This document shows, in pieces, positions 27,303-36,838 of a stretch of 64,000 nt of DNA. Within the stretch, counting starts at the first letter, position 1; each line of letters starts with the position of its first letter. Source of the DNA: an uncultured Methanosarcinales archaeon (lineage in GTDB: Archaea > Nanobdellota > Nanobdellia > Woesearchaeales > GW2011-AR15); contig CAZKFC010000002.1 in NCBI GenBank assembly GCA_964552005.1, forward strand, positions 35,188 to 99,187, in the 5' to 3' direction. A model generated the notes under the pieces. That model was not told the DNA's origin and ran no database searches. It worked only from the letters and a program-made list of their open reading frames with translations. Position numbers and translations under genes: made by a program.

Positions 27303-28256
27303 GTGGTTATTATGAAAAAAGTTAAAGATTTAATGTGGAAAAAAGGAATAAATGTTGATGAACTTGTTGAACAATTAGGCAATGTCGGTTTTCAAAGTAC
27401 TGAAATGAAGAAAGCTGTTGACGTTATTCTTAAAATGAAAAAAGCGGGTGCAAAAATATTCTTTACATATACATCAAACATGGTAACGTCTGGGTTAAGA
27501 GGGTTTTTTGCTCAGTTAATACAACTTAAGATTGTTGATGTTGTTGTTACAACTGTTGGTGGAATTGAAGAAGATATTATGAAAGCGAAAGGAGAAAATT
27601 TTGTAATTGGTAAATTCAAGCCAGACGATATCGAACTTTATGAAAAAGGTATTAATCGTGTTGGAAATTTATTCATTAGAAATGAATCTTATCTGAAATT
27701 TGAAGATACAATCGGGCAAATGTTGCTTTCTTTATATAAAAAGAAACATAGATGGACGCCGTCTGAATTAATATATGAACTTGGTTTAATGTTAAATGAT
27801 AAAAATTCAATTTTATATCAGGCATCAAAAAATAAAGTTCCAATTTTTTGTCCTGGAATAACAGATGGTGCCTTTGGCTTTCATTTATTCATGTTACAGC
27901 AAAAACAGAAGGATTTTGTTATAGATGTTGTGAAAGATTTTGAAAATATTTTATTTAGTACAAGTCATGACGATAAAAAAGGGCTTATCTCTTTAGGTGG
28001 CAGTATTTCAAAACATCATGCTATTTTAGCCTGTTTATTGAATGGTGGTCTAGATTATGCTGTTTATATGACAACTGCACATTCTTCTAGTGGAAGTATG
28101 TCTGGAGCAACAACCGAAGAAGCTAAGTCATGGGGCAAGGTCAAAGATGATTCTGATGTTGCAACTGTTATAGGTGATGTTACATTTACCTTTCCTTTGG
28201 TCATGATTAAAGTTCTAGAAACATTAAACAAAGAAGGTATGTTAAATGTTGAGTAA
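27303..28256 (+). CDS. dys: Deoxyhypusine synthase.
   Basis: 'YTSNMVTSGLRGF', 'VVTTVGGIEEDIMK' and 'GGSISKHH' agree with the DHS family. Length about 317 aa. Confidence 0.68.
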   Translation: MVIMKKVKDLMWKKGINVDELVEQLGNVGFQSTEMKKAVDVILKMKKAGAKIFFTYTSNMVTSGLRGFFAQLIQLKIVDVVVTTVGGIEEDIMKAKGENFVIGKFKPDDIELYEKGINRVGNLFIRNESYLKFEDTIGQMLLSLYKKKHRWTPSELIYELGLMLNDKNSILYQASKNKVPIFCPGITDGAFGFHLFMLQQKQKDFVIDVVKDFENILFSTSHDDKKGLISLGGSISKHHAILACLLNGGLDYAVYMTTAHSSSGSMSGATTEEAKSWGKVKDDSDVATVIGDVTFTFPLVMIKVLETLNKEGMLNVE

Positions 28257-29268
28257 AGCTAGGTTTGTTTTGTCAAAAAAAAAATTGATGAACAAATACA
28301 ATGAGATAAAGAAACTTGCAGATATTGTTTCATATAGTTATAAAACAAATCCAGTTATTGGTAAAGTTCTAGAAGAAAACACAGAGTGTATGTTCAGTGT
28401 TCACAGCATAAAAAACTTGACTCAGAAAGATATGAAAAGAGTGTGGTTTTTTGCACAGGCATGGACATATAAGGAAATAAAATTATTATTTGAAAAAGGT
28501 GTAATAAATTTTGTTGTGGATAATGAAAATGATCTTAATACTCTTCTAGGTTATATGAAGCAACAAAATAAAAAAATTAATTTGTTATTAAGGATGCGCT
28601 TAAAAGAACATACTGTACATACAGGTAAACATTTTGTTTTTGGATTTTATTCTAGGAAAATAAACCAGCTTTTGCCAAAACTTAGAAAAAATCAGAATAT
28701 AGAAAAATTAGGCATTCATTTTCATAGAAAAACTCAGAATGTGAGCGAGTGGTCCTTAAAACAAGAATTAACTGATTCTATAAAACATTGGGATAAAATT
28801 GATTTAGTAAATATTGGCGGTGGCTTGCCTGCTGAATATAAAAACTTTAGATCAGAAATCATGAAAAATATCTTTGCAAAAATATCTGAATTAAGAAAAT
28901 GGTTAAATGATCAGAATATTAAAATGATAATAGAGCCTGGTAGATATTTGGCAGCATCTCCAATAAAATTGGAAACTGAAATCACGAACATTTACGAAAA
29001 TAATATTGTCATTAACTGTTCTGTATATAATTCAGCAATGGACACTTTCGTGGCACACATTAGGTTATTGGTAGAGGGAGAACTGCAAGAGGGAACTGCT
29101 TATACAATAAAAGGCTGCACACCAGATTCAATGGACATTTTCCGCTATAGAGTATTTTTAGAAAAACCAAAAGTTGGCGATAAATTGGTCTTTCTAAACG
29201 CCGGGGCGTATAATTTTACCACCAACTTTTGTAATCTTCCAAAATTGGATACAATTATTGTGGACTAA
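28246..29268 (+). CDS. PLP-dependent Orn/DAP/Arg decarboxylase family-2 protein, likely for polyamine synthesis.
   Basis: 'YSYKTNP' is the PLP-Lys region and 'VNIGGGLP' the GGG motif. The gene overlaps the DHS stop, indicating an operon. Confidence 0.52.
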   Translation: MLSKARFVLSKKKLMNKYNEIKKLADIVSYSYKTNPVIGKVLEENTECMFSVHSIKNLTQKDMKRVWFFAQAWTYKEIKLLFEKGVINFVVDNENDLNTLLGYMKQQNKKINLLLRMRLKEHTVHTGKHFVFGFYSRKINQLLPKLRKNQNIEKLGIHFHRKTQNVSEWSLKQELTDSIKHWDKIDLVNIGGGLPAEYKNFRSEIMKNIFAKISELRKWLNDQNIKMIIEPGRYLAASPIKLETEITNIYENNIVINCSVYNSAMDTFVAHIRLLVEGELQEGTAYTIKGCTPDSMDIFRYRVFLEKPKVGDKLVFLNAGAYNFTTNFCNLPKLDTIIVD

Positions 29269-29543
29269 ATCATTAATTCTCGTTGAGCAACAGATTTATT
29301 TAATTCGTGCCATGAGACATAATCTTTCTCTGTAATAATTTTATACAGAGCTTTCAACTCTCTTCTAGTGTAAAAAAAACCTACTAAAAACGTTGACATA
29401 ACAACCATAATTTTTATCATTTTGACATCACCTCATTTTATAATAGAAACATCATTTAAATACCTCACACGAGAATGTCCAGTGTGTCCACTGACATGTT
29501 TTAGGAAGTGGACTTTACGAATGTTAATGAGTATGTCCAGTGG

Positions 29544-30428
29544 TTATAAACTAATCAAGAATAAACCTATTAAAACAGTGAGAATTCCAAGTTTTTGATT
29601 AAGAACCAATTTTTCTTTGTAAAAAATTAAAGCAAGTATTACAGTTATCGCCGGCGACAAAGAACTAACTGGAGCCACTAAACTAACCAAATCATGTTTT
29701 ATACCATAATTAAATGCAACCCACGCAATTAAGAACAAGAATGAATTTGCTATAAATATCAGGTATATTCTATCTTTTTTCAATTCTTTTAATTTAATAG
29801 GAACTTTTTTTACTAGTGGATAAAGCATTAAATAGGAATTAATAACTAAAAAGGAAAAGACAGATATGTTGACAAGATTCATTGTTCCTGATAATATTTT
29901 AATAATAAATATGTGAACACCCCACAAAATCATGGTTATTACTGCTTCTTTCACTCCTTTGACCGTGTGCATGTGTTTTAATTTTCTAAAATCTGTAGAA
30001 ACTAAGACAATTCCAATTGAAATAATAATTATTGAGATAATATTTAGGAAAGTCAATTGTTCTCCCAACAACAAAACTGCCAATAAAACAGTCACTAAAG
30101 AAGCAGAGGTTGCAATTGGTGTAACTACACTTACTTCTCCAATTTCATATGCCTTGTAAAAAGAAAGTGTTGCTACAAGCATAATAGCTCCTCCCCCCAG
30201 TAAAATTAAAAACTCGTTTATTGTAATGAAAAGTTGATTGAAAAAGTATATTACTATCAATAGGATTGGAACAACACCAATAATATTTCCCCAAAACATG
30301 GCTTTCAATTGACCAATCTTTCTTACAGTAACAGCTAATAAAAAATCGCCTATGCCCCAACATAACATCGCAATTAATCCTGAAATAATTCCAACCGATA
30401 ACATACCTTTCAAAAGAACTATGAACAA
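29544..30428 (-). CDS. EamA/DMT-family transporter.
   Basis: Ten predicted TMs in a duplicated 5+5 arrangement. Confidence 0.62.
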   Translation of the reverse strand: MFIVLLKGMLSVGIISGLIAMLCWGIGDFLLAVTVRKIGQLKAMFWGNIIGVVPILLIVIYFFNQLFITINEFLILLGGGAIMLVATLSFYKAYEIGEVSVVTPIATSASLVTVLLAVLLLGEQLTFLNIISIIIISIGIVLVSTDFRKLKHMHTVKGVKEAVITMILWGVHIFIIKILSGTMNLVNISVFSFLVINSYLMLYPLVKKVPIKLKELKKDRIYLIFIANSFLFLIAWVAFNYGIKHDLVSLVAPVSSLSPAITVILALIFYKEKLVLNQKLGILTVLIGLFLISL

Positions 30429-30470
30429 CTTAAATAATTTTTTAAATTACAAATTTTTTAGGATAATCTC

Positions 30471-31304
30471 ATGTATATAAAAAGTTTTGATGGGACAAGG
30501 ATTTATTATGAAAAGCATAGTTGTAAAAAACCTTTGGCTAGTCTTCTTTTAGTGCATGGTGGTTTTCACGGCAACCATACACGACTCAATAATCTAATCA
30601 AATATTTAAAAGATAATTATAACATAGTTGTCCCTGATTTACGAGGTAAGGGAGATTCTGATTTTCCAAAAGACCTTAAAAATGTAAAACTAGAAGATTA
30701 TGCCACAGATTTGTATGAAATACTAAAAAAAGAGAAGATTGGCAATATAAATGTGATTGGCACAAGTTTTGGCGGCCTTGTTTCATTAAAATTTGCCGAA
30801 ATGTTCAACCAGAAAATTAATATTGATAAAATTGTTTTAATATCTTCAATTCACAGGTTAGACAAAGTCAGGAGAAGGACCAAAATTGTTGCCCCATTTT
30901 ATAATTCCATATTTAATTTTGCTTCAATAATAGCAAAACCTTTGCCAGAGAAAAGAAAAGAACATGTTGATTATTCAAATCTGAACGGTAGGCTGCTAGA
31001 ACTAAAATACGGTGTTAAATTGATCAAGAATAATTCTTTAAAAACAACCACATTAAGATATAAGATGATGAAAGCAGCAAAAAAATATAAGCTGAAAATT
31101 GACGAATTAAAAAGAATTAATTCAAGAATTCTAGTTATTCATGGAAAAAAAGATTTGTATTTCCCTTTAAGAAATATTAAAGAGCTATTAGATAATACAA
31201 ACTCAGAATTAAAAATATTCAAGAAAGCCGGACATAATCTTTTTATCAGCCATGCAGAACCTGTCAGCCAAATAATACATGACTTTTTTCAAAAGCCTAA
31301 TTAA
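30471..31304 (+). CDS. Alpha/beta hydrolase.
   Basis: 'HGGFHG' and nucleophile elbow 'GTSFGG'. Confidence 0.62.
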   Translation: MYIKSFDGTRIYYEKHSCKKPLASLLLVHGGFHGNHTRLNNLIKYLKDNYNIVVPDLRGKGDSDFPKDLKNVKLEDYATDLYEILKKEKIGNINVIGTSFGGLVSLKFAEMFNQKINIDKIVLISSIHRLDKVRRRTKIVAPFYNSIFNFASIIAKPLPEKRKEHVDYSNLNGRLLELKYGVKLIKNNSLKTTTLRYKMMKAAKKYKLKIDELKRINSRILVIHGKKDLYFPLRNIKELLDNTNSELKIFKKAGHNLFISHAEPVSQIIHDFFQKPN

Positions 31305-32577
31305 TCGCCCATGACTGTTCATCAACCCCGGCATTAACCCTTGTTAAAGCGTGCCCTTGCTTTGCTTCTAACGCCCATAATCCTTCCCAAGCCACATAGT
31401 CTATTATATTATAAGCGAATTTTAATAACAAAATACCGTCTGTGTTTTTTAAAGAAAATTTTGGCTTTATTATTATAGTTTCATTTGGCTTTATTCTACC
31501 AGTTAATCTTGAATTTGTTTTATTATTGCTAATGAAAAAATAAGCTAAATTTAGTGTATTAGAACCTATATTTTTTAGCTCTATAAATTCATTATTTTTG
31601 TCGTTGCCAACTGCATCATACAACACTTTTGAAAAGAATAAATCTGTTGCAGTATTAGGAATTATTTCTTTATAATCATATAATTTATTAAACTCAACAA
31701 TATATTTTTCTGCAGTTTTACTATCATGTATGATTAAGAGATTTTCATCATTTCTTTCATTAGCATTTTTAGTTGGATTATATGATCCTGTAATGACTGT
31801 TTTATTATCTATAACGAAAACTTTATGGTGCATGATGTATTTGTTATTATCTGTTATAGAGAATTCTTTTAAATCATCATATCTTGAATAATCAGATATT
31901 TGTTTTTTCTCAAGAATGCCTTTAACATTAACACCAAGATAGTTTTTGTTCCAAAGTAAATTACCAATATCTTCATCTGTAAAGCTGTAAGTCATAAAAA
32001 ATATTGAATGGTTAGCAGCTTTCAATGCATTAATAACTCTAAGTTTACAATTGTCTTCAGGGCAGAAATAAGATTCTATCTTTATATTGCCCAAACTAAT
32101 CATTGGATATTTTACTTTTTTACCAGAACCATATTCATTATTTTTTAATTCTTCAAATTCATCCAAGTAATTTTCCGCTAAGTATTTTGATTTAATTATT
32201 ACAATGTTGTTATTATTGTAATAGTTACCACGCTCTGTTGGGTTCAGGCTTCCTGTCAATACTATGTTATTATCAAAAACACAGAATTTATTATGCATTA
32301 ATGCAGGAGAATAACCAGTTATGAAATCATCTAATGCATTTGAATCCTCTATAATCACTTCGACCTTTTTTTCTTTTAATTTTTCTATTAATTCTGGCAA
32401 ATCTAAATCATAAAATGCACATTTAATTTCATCAGACGAATCAATTAAATCAATGATTTTTTCCATGCACATGTCTTCAGGACAAAAAAACACATTAATT
32501 TCTGTATCAGATTCATAAACAACATTGCTAAAAGAACAAGATGTTAAAAAAAACAAAATTATTATCCACTTTCTCAT
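31297..32577 (-). CDS. Secreted phospholipase-D-family (Nuc-like) nuclease with a C-terminal lamin-tail domain.
   Basis: Signal peptide. Two HxK motifs ('HNKFCVFDN', 'HHKVFVIDN'). C-terminal 'NEFIELKNIGSNTLNL' is LTD-like. Confidence 0.68.
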   Translation of the reverse strand: MRKWIIILFFLTSCSFSNVVYESDTEINVFFCPEDMCMEKIIDLIDSSDEIKCAFYDLDLPELIEKLKEKKVEVIIEDSNALDDFITGYSPALMHNKFCVFDNNIVLTGSLNPTERGNYYNNNNIVIIKSKYLAENYLDEFEELKNNEYGSGKKVKYPMISLGNIKIESYFCPEDNCKLRVINALKAANHSIFFMTYSFTDEDIGNLLWNKNYLGVNVKGILEKKQISDYSRYDDLKEFSITDNNKYIMHHKVFVIDNKTVITGSYNPTKNANERNDENLLIIHDSKTAEKYIVEFNKLYDYKEIIPNTATDLFFSKVLYDAVGNDKNNEFIELKNIGSNTLNLAYFFISNNKTNSRLTGRIKPNETIIIKPKFSLKNTDGILLLKFAYNIIDYVAWEGLWALEAKQGHALTRVNAGVDEQSWAIN

Positions 32578-33161
32578 TGTAATTCTTGAAAACTTTTTAA
32601 TAAACTAAACTTCATCTCGGGGTATTCCTTTTCAAGTTCATCTAACATAATGCCAATATTTGTTTTTTTTCTAGCTTTAATTTTTAATCCCTTTATTTTC
32701 GCAAATATTTCGACTTCTGCCTGCAACACAGTTAGGAGTAGTTTTATGTAAAGTTTACTTTTGATTTTATAATGTCCCCTATACTTTAAATCTTGATTCT
32801 CAAAAATACTTTTTAGAAAATATTCATCTTCCTTATCTGCGTTCCACGGCACAATTATTTTATTATATGCTCCACTAACAGAATCTCCTAATTCATATTT
32901 TTGTTTTTTTGTAGTAATTTTTATAGGCAGATCTTTAATTATTTTCTTTAATAAATATTCAGAAACAAAATATTCAGCTGAACCATCATTGATAATTAAG
33001 ATATTATCATTTTTTCTTATTAATTTTTTCAACCTTATCTCTTTTCTTACTCGTTTTTCAATGATTTTTAAAAAGCAACTTTCACAAGCTGTCAAATTCT
33101 GTACTTTTATTTTTCCTAGTTTACCACATTTAACACACTTCATTGTAACAAAAGAGTTCAC
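32574..33161 (-). CDS. Zinc-ribbon protein of unknown function.
   Basis: N-terminal 'CVKCGK...CESC'. No conserved PP-loop. Confidence 0.4.
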   Translation of the reverse strand: MNSFVTMKCVKCGKLGKIKVQNLTACESCFLKIIEKRVRKEIRLKKLIRKNDNILIINDGSAEYFVSEYLLKKIIKDLPIKITTKKQKYELGDSVSGAYNKIIVPWNADKEDEYFLKSIFENQDLKYRGHYKIKSKLYIKLLLTVLQAEVEIFAKIKGLKIKARKKTNIGIMLDELEKEYPEMKFSLLKSFQELQ

Positions 33162-33276
33162 TTAACTATAAAAAGATATGTGTCACCACTCCAAAATACT
33201 GTCAAAAACGAAAGGTTTAAATATTTATTATAACTATTTTAAAGTAGAAACAGATTTGTTGTGTTCACCTCTTTTT

Positions 33277-33319
33277 CCCTGGGAGAGTCTCTTGCAAAAG
33301 GGACTTTTTCAGGGTTTTT
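33277..33319 (+). promoter_or_regulatory. Strong imperfect hairpin followed by a T-tract in the 5' leader/promoter region of the GT39-like gene.
   Basis: 'ccctgggagagtc-(11 nt)-ggactttttcaggg' forms a stem of about 13 bp including G·U pairs, then 'ttttt'. Confidence 0.3.
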
Positions 33320-33364
33320 AAAAAAATCAAAGATTTTATATAATGTTTTATAATCGTTTTTTTA

Positions 33365-35044
33365 ATGGCTAAGAGAAAAAGTTCTGAAAAGCATGTTGAG
33401 ATAAATTTAACTGAAATATGGAATATATTAAAAAAAAATTATCCTTACTTTCTATTATTGTTGTTTGTCTTGTTAGGTTATTCTTTGCGAATATATCATC
33501 TTGATTATCCTGTTATAGGATACCATAACTGGAAAGAAACGCACTATTTAACAGAAGCGAGGAATTTTGCCAGAGACGGTTTTTTTAAACATGGTTTTTT
33601 TATACCTGAATGGGACTATCCAAAACTAAACCAGGACCAGTCTGGAGCGCATCCTGACACTTTTCCTTTAACTTCTATTATGGTTTCGATTTTTTTCACT
33701 ATTTTCGGATATAAGTTAGCAATTGCACGTTTAATCTCTGTATTGTTCAGCGTTGCGTTAATAGTTGTAATGTATCTTGTCATAAAAGAGTTGTATGATA
33801 GAGAAGACTTGGCATTAGTGGTTGCATTTTTAACAGCAATTAATCCCTTGTTTGTTTTTTTTGGCAGACAAGTTCAACTTATTAATTATGCTGTGTTTTT
33901 TATGATGCTTTCTTTATTATTTTATTTAAAATGGAGAAAATCCTTCAAATCGTTGCATATAAATTTGTTTGTTTTGTTTTTTATAATAGGACTAATAACT
34001 AAATATGATCATTTTATTGTATTATTTCCGATAGTTGCCACATTTCCTTATAAAAAATTCTTTAAGGACTTAAAGAAAAATTTTGTGAATTATGTTCCCT
34101 CATTCATATTTGGATCACTTGGTCCGGTTTGGATTCTTTATGCCAAATTATATGATCCAACATTTAAAGTTGGCGACCTGGAAACAAGTTTGAAAATAAT
34201 TTTTAACGCTGAATGGTTTGCCATATTAAAAAACTATATAGCAGATAACTATTCAATTATTGGTTTTTGGTTTGCTATTATTGGGTTTTTGTTTATTTTA
34301 TTATTGTTAAAAAAAGGTTTTGGGAATGTGTTTATTGCATTGTTTGTGGCGGGCGGCATAATCTGGACATATATCCTGGCGCCATATCTCAAAGGGCATA
34401 GCTACCACCAATATCCTATCGCACCTTTAATAATAATCTTAATGGGGTTTGCTATCATCACTATTGCAAACACTGTAAAAAGTATAATACCTGATAAGAA
34501 ACTTAGCTTAATTGTCAAGTGGCTTGTTATTATTGGTTTAGCTTTCTTGATATATAACCCGTCAATGGAAGCAAAAGACAGGCAGTTCAATACACAGTTT
34601 TACGGTCTTGATATTGCCGGAGAATATATTAACCAGAACTCTACTCCTAATGAAAGAATTTTTCATTCGGGACACCAATCATATGGCATTTTATGGTCTG
34701 CTGATAGAAAAGGCATTCCTTTTCCGTGGAATGTAACAGTTATAAAAGAACTTGAAGACAAATATAATTATAACTGGATCTTTGTTTATCAATGGGGCAT
34801 ACGACAATATATAAATACGCCTCAATACAAAGACGCATGGGAATATTTAAAACATAATTATGAGTTAAAACAGTTAGCTTTTGTAAGAACAAGCCAGGGC
34901 GATGTTCCCTTTTATTTTTTATTTAAGAGAGGCGGCTCTTTCAATGAATCCAACATCAATTCATTAGTGCAAAACAAAGCAGTTATCAAGAAAACATATG
35001 AGTTGACTACTGGAAACTTTGACTTGTACTATATTAATATATAA
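33365..35044 (+). CDS. Polytopic membrane glycosyltransferase (GT39/GT83-like, ArnT/PMT family).
   Basis: About 11 N-terminal TMs with a C-terminal soluble domain. No STT3 WWDYG motif. Confidence 0.55.
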   Translation: MAKRKSSEKHVEINLTEIWNILKKNYPYFLLLLFVLLGYSLRIYHLDYPVIGYHNWKETHYLTEARNFARDGFFKHGFFIPEWDYPKLNQDQSGAHPDTFPLTSIMVSIFFTIFGYKLAIARLISVLFSVALIVVMYLVIKELYDREDLALVVAFLTAINPLFVFFGRQVQLINYAVFFMMLSLLFYLKWRKSFKSLHINLFVLFFIIGLITKYDHFIVLFPIVATFPYKKFFKDLKKNFVNYVPSFIFGSLGPVWILYAKLYDPTFKVGDLETSLKIIFNAEWFAILKNYIADNYSIIGFWFAIIGFLFILLLLKKGFGNVFIALFVAGGIIWTYILAPYLKGHSYHQYPIAPLIIILMGFAIITIANTVKSIIPDKKLSLIVKWLVIIGLAFLIYNPSMEAKDRQFNTQFYGLDIAGEYINQNSTPNERIFHSGHQSYGILWSADRKGIPFPWNVTVIKELEDKYNYNWIFVYQWGIRQYINTPQYKDAWEYLKHNYELKQLAFVRTSQGDVPFYFLFKRGGSFNESNINSLVQNKAVIKKTYELTTGNFDLYYINI

Positions 35045-35993
35045 AATGCGGAAAAAAATAATTTTTAGCGTTATTATAAGCGGCGTTCTGCTTTATTTTT
35101 TGTTATCTGTAACAAAACCTTCTGAGATTATAAGCACGTTGTATGAAATGCCTTTTCCTTACTTAATAACAAGTTTTGTTTTATACACACTTACAATAAT
35201 TTTGAGAACAATGAGGTTTAATTTTGTTTTAGACACCAAACTTAAACTAAGAAAACTTTTCAATATAATCGCCATCCACAACCTAATGATAAATCTAATC
35301 CCGATGAGGCTGGGAGATTTTTCTTATGTTTATCTAATGAAAAAGAAGGGCATCCATATTTCCAAAGGATTAAGCCAGTTATTGATAATTAGGATATATG
35401 ATGTTATTGCGGTCAGTATAATATTCATTATCTCTTCATTCCTAGTTAAAGATACGCCGCTAATGGTTAATTATTATGTCAAAATAATTGCGGTTTTTCT
35501 ATTCTTACTATTATCAGGGTTCTTTATTTCTTTAAGATTTGACAAAAAATTAGTTAAGATTTTAAAAAAATTGAACCCATTGAAAAAACTAATATTAATA
35601 GAAAGGATGTTTGTCACTTTAGAGGATTTAATTAAAAATTTTAAAAAATCTTGGAACATAAAAACAGGGTTAATGCTCTTTTTTCAAAGTTTCATAATTT
35701 GGTCAATCAATTATTTAATGACTTATGTCTTAATTAAAGGCTTTGGATTACCCTTTAGTTTCTGGGAAGTAAGTTTGATATTCACTTTTTTAATTATTTT
35801 AATAATGCTACCCATATCAACATTCAGCGGGTTTGGTGTATGGGAGGGCGGATTAACAGGCGCATTTACCGCGTTTAACATACCGCTGGCAAAAGCAGTA
35901 CCCGCGTCTTTTGCATATCACATAATAAACATATTGTTCTTTCTGATAATTGGAGCAATTGGTTTGACAAGGTATTTAATTGTAGATGAATAA
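35019..35993 (+). CDS. UPF0104/flippase-like integral membrane protein.
   Basis: Eight-TM pattern. Confidence 0.45.
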   Translation: MTCTILIYKMRKKIIFSVIISGVLLYFLLSVTKPSEIISTLYEMPFPYLITSFVLYTLTIILRTMRFNFVLDTKLKLRKLFNIIAIHNLMINLIPMRLGDFSYVYLMKKKGIHISKGLSQLLIIRIYDVIAVSIIFIISSFLVKDTPLMVNYYVKIIAVFLFLLLSGFFISLRFDKKLVKILKKLNPLKKLILIERMFVTLEDLIKNFKKSWNIKTGLMLFFQSFIIWSINYLMTYVLIKGFGLPFSFWEVSLIFTFLIILIMLPISTFSGFGVWEGGLTGAFTAFNIPLAKAVPASFAYHIINILFFLIIGAIGLTRYLIVDE

Positions 35994-36827
35994 CTATTTT
36001 CTTCCTATATAATAATAAGCCCCAGCTATGTTGCTACAGAACTTTAATTTGATTAAAACTAGATCTAAATATTTAGCAGGAAAAAAAATCCAGCCAAAGA
36101 TAAAATTAAAAAAATAATACAAATATTTATTGTTAAAAGAAAAAAAAAGTGAGAGATATTCTCTGACAACCCAAATCACAGAAGCTGTCGGGCCTGTTAG
36201 CACACCAGATTTTACTAATTTATATTTCTCAAACAATGTTTGTAATCCATACAGAGTATATCTTTGAAAATCATAAGGCCTGCTATGAACTCCTTGCATA
36301 AAAGGCACTTCTGCATAAACAAAGCCTTTTTTCTTTAAAACCCGGTAGATTTCATCAACAACTTTTTTTGGATATTTAACATGTTCAAGAACAGCCTGAA
36401 TGATGACTAAATCAAAACTATTATTTTTAAAAGGTAAATTGTGGGCGTCTCCAATAACATCTACAAAAGGTCCATCAACAATCTCTAAATTAACTGTATT
36501 AGCTAAATGTGTTCCTAATATCTCAATGCCTTTAGCTAATTTTTGTGTACCACCTCCAATAATTAAAATTTGAGATTTTTTAGACAATTTTTTCTTTAAA
36601 AGACCCATATTATGTTTAGCATAAACATTAAGACTGGGAGAAGGTATAAGCCATTTTGCTTTTTTGATAAAGAAATCAAGTAATTTATCTTCAGATGTTA
36701 TCTGTGTTTTAAGAAAAGCAGGTTTACTATTAATAAAACTATATTTTTTCTTGCAATAATTACAACTTAATTTTTTGCTTAAACTTTTTTTACATTTTGG
36801 GCAAACCAAAATTTTGGCTAGTTTCAA
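35994..36827 (-). CDS. Class I SAM-dependent methyltransferase with an N-terminal zinc ribbon.
   Basis: 'CPKCKK...CNYCKK' followed by 'ILIIGGGT', 'DLVIIQAVLEHV' and 'VLKKKGFVY'. Confidence 0.62.
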   Translation of the reverse strand: MKLAKILVCPKCKKSLSKKLSCNYCKKKYSFINSKPAFLKTQITSEDKLLDFFIKKAKWLIPSPSLNVYAKHNMGLLKKKLSKKSQILIIGGGTQKLAKGIEILGTHLANTVNLEIVDGPFVDVIGDAHNLPFKNNSFDLVIIQAVLEHVKYPKKVVDEIYRVLKKKGFVYAEVPFMQGVHSRPYDFQRYTLYGLQTLFEKYKLVKSGVLTGPTASVIWVVREYLSLFFSFNNKYLYYFFNFIFGWIFFPAKYLDLVLIKLKFCSNIAGAYYYIGRK

Positions 36828-36838
36828 TGTTATAACAC

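Noticed and set aside
10159-29545. A shared 13–14-mer 'cactggacattct' between the 3' end of gene 10159..11133 and the 29480 intergenic region, considered as a dispersed repeat or mobile-element end.
   Set aside because: At 64 kb on both strands a dozen or so 14-mer coincidences are expected by chance. One copy is coding. No flanking target-site duplication or transposase is present.
32574-33161. Considered a TtuA/Ncs6-like tRNA thiolase for the zinc-ribbon protein.
   Set aside because: The PP-loop SGGxDS motif is absent ('NDGSAEY' only), and the protein is about 100 aa shorter than the family.
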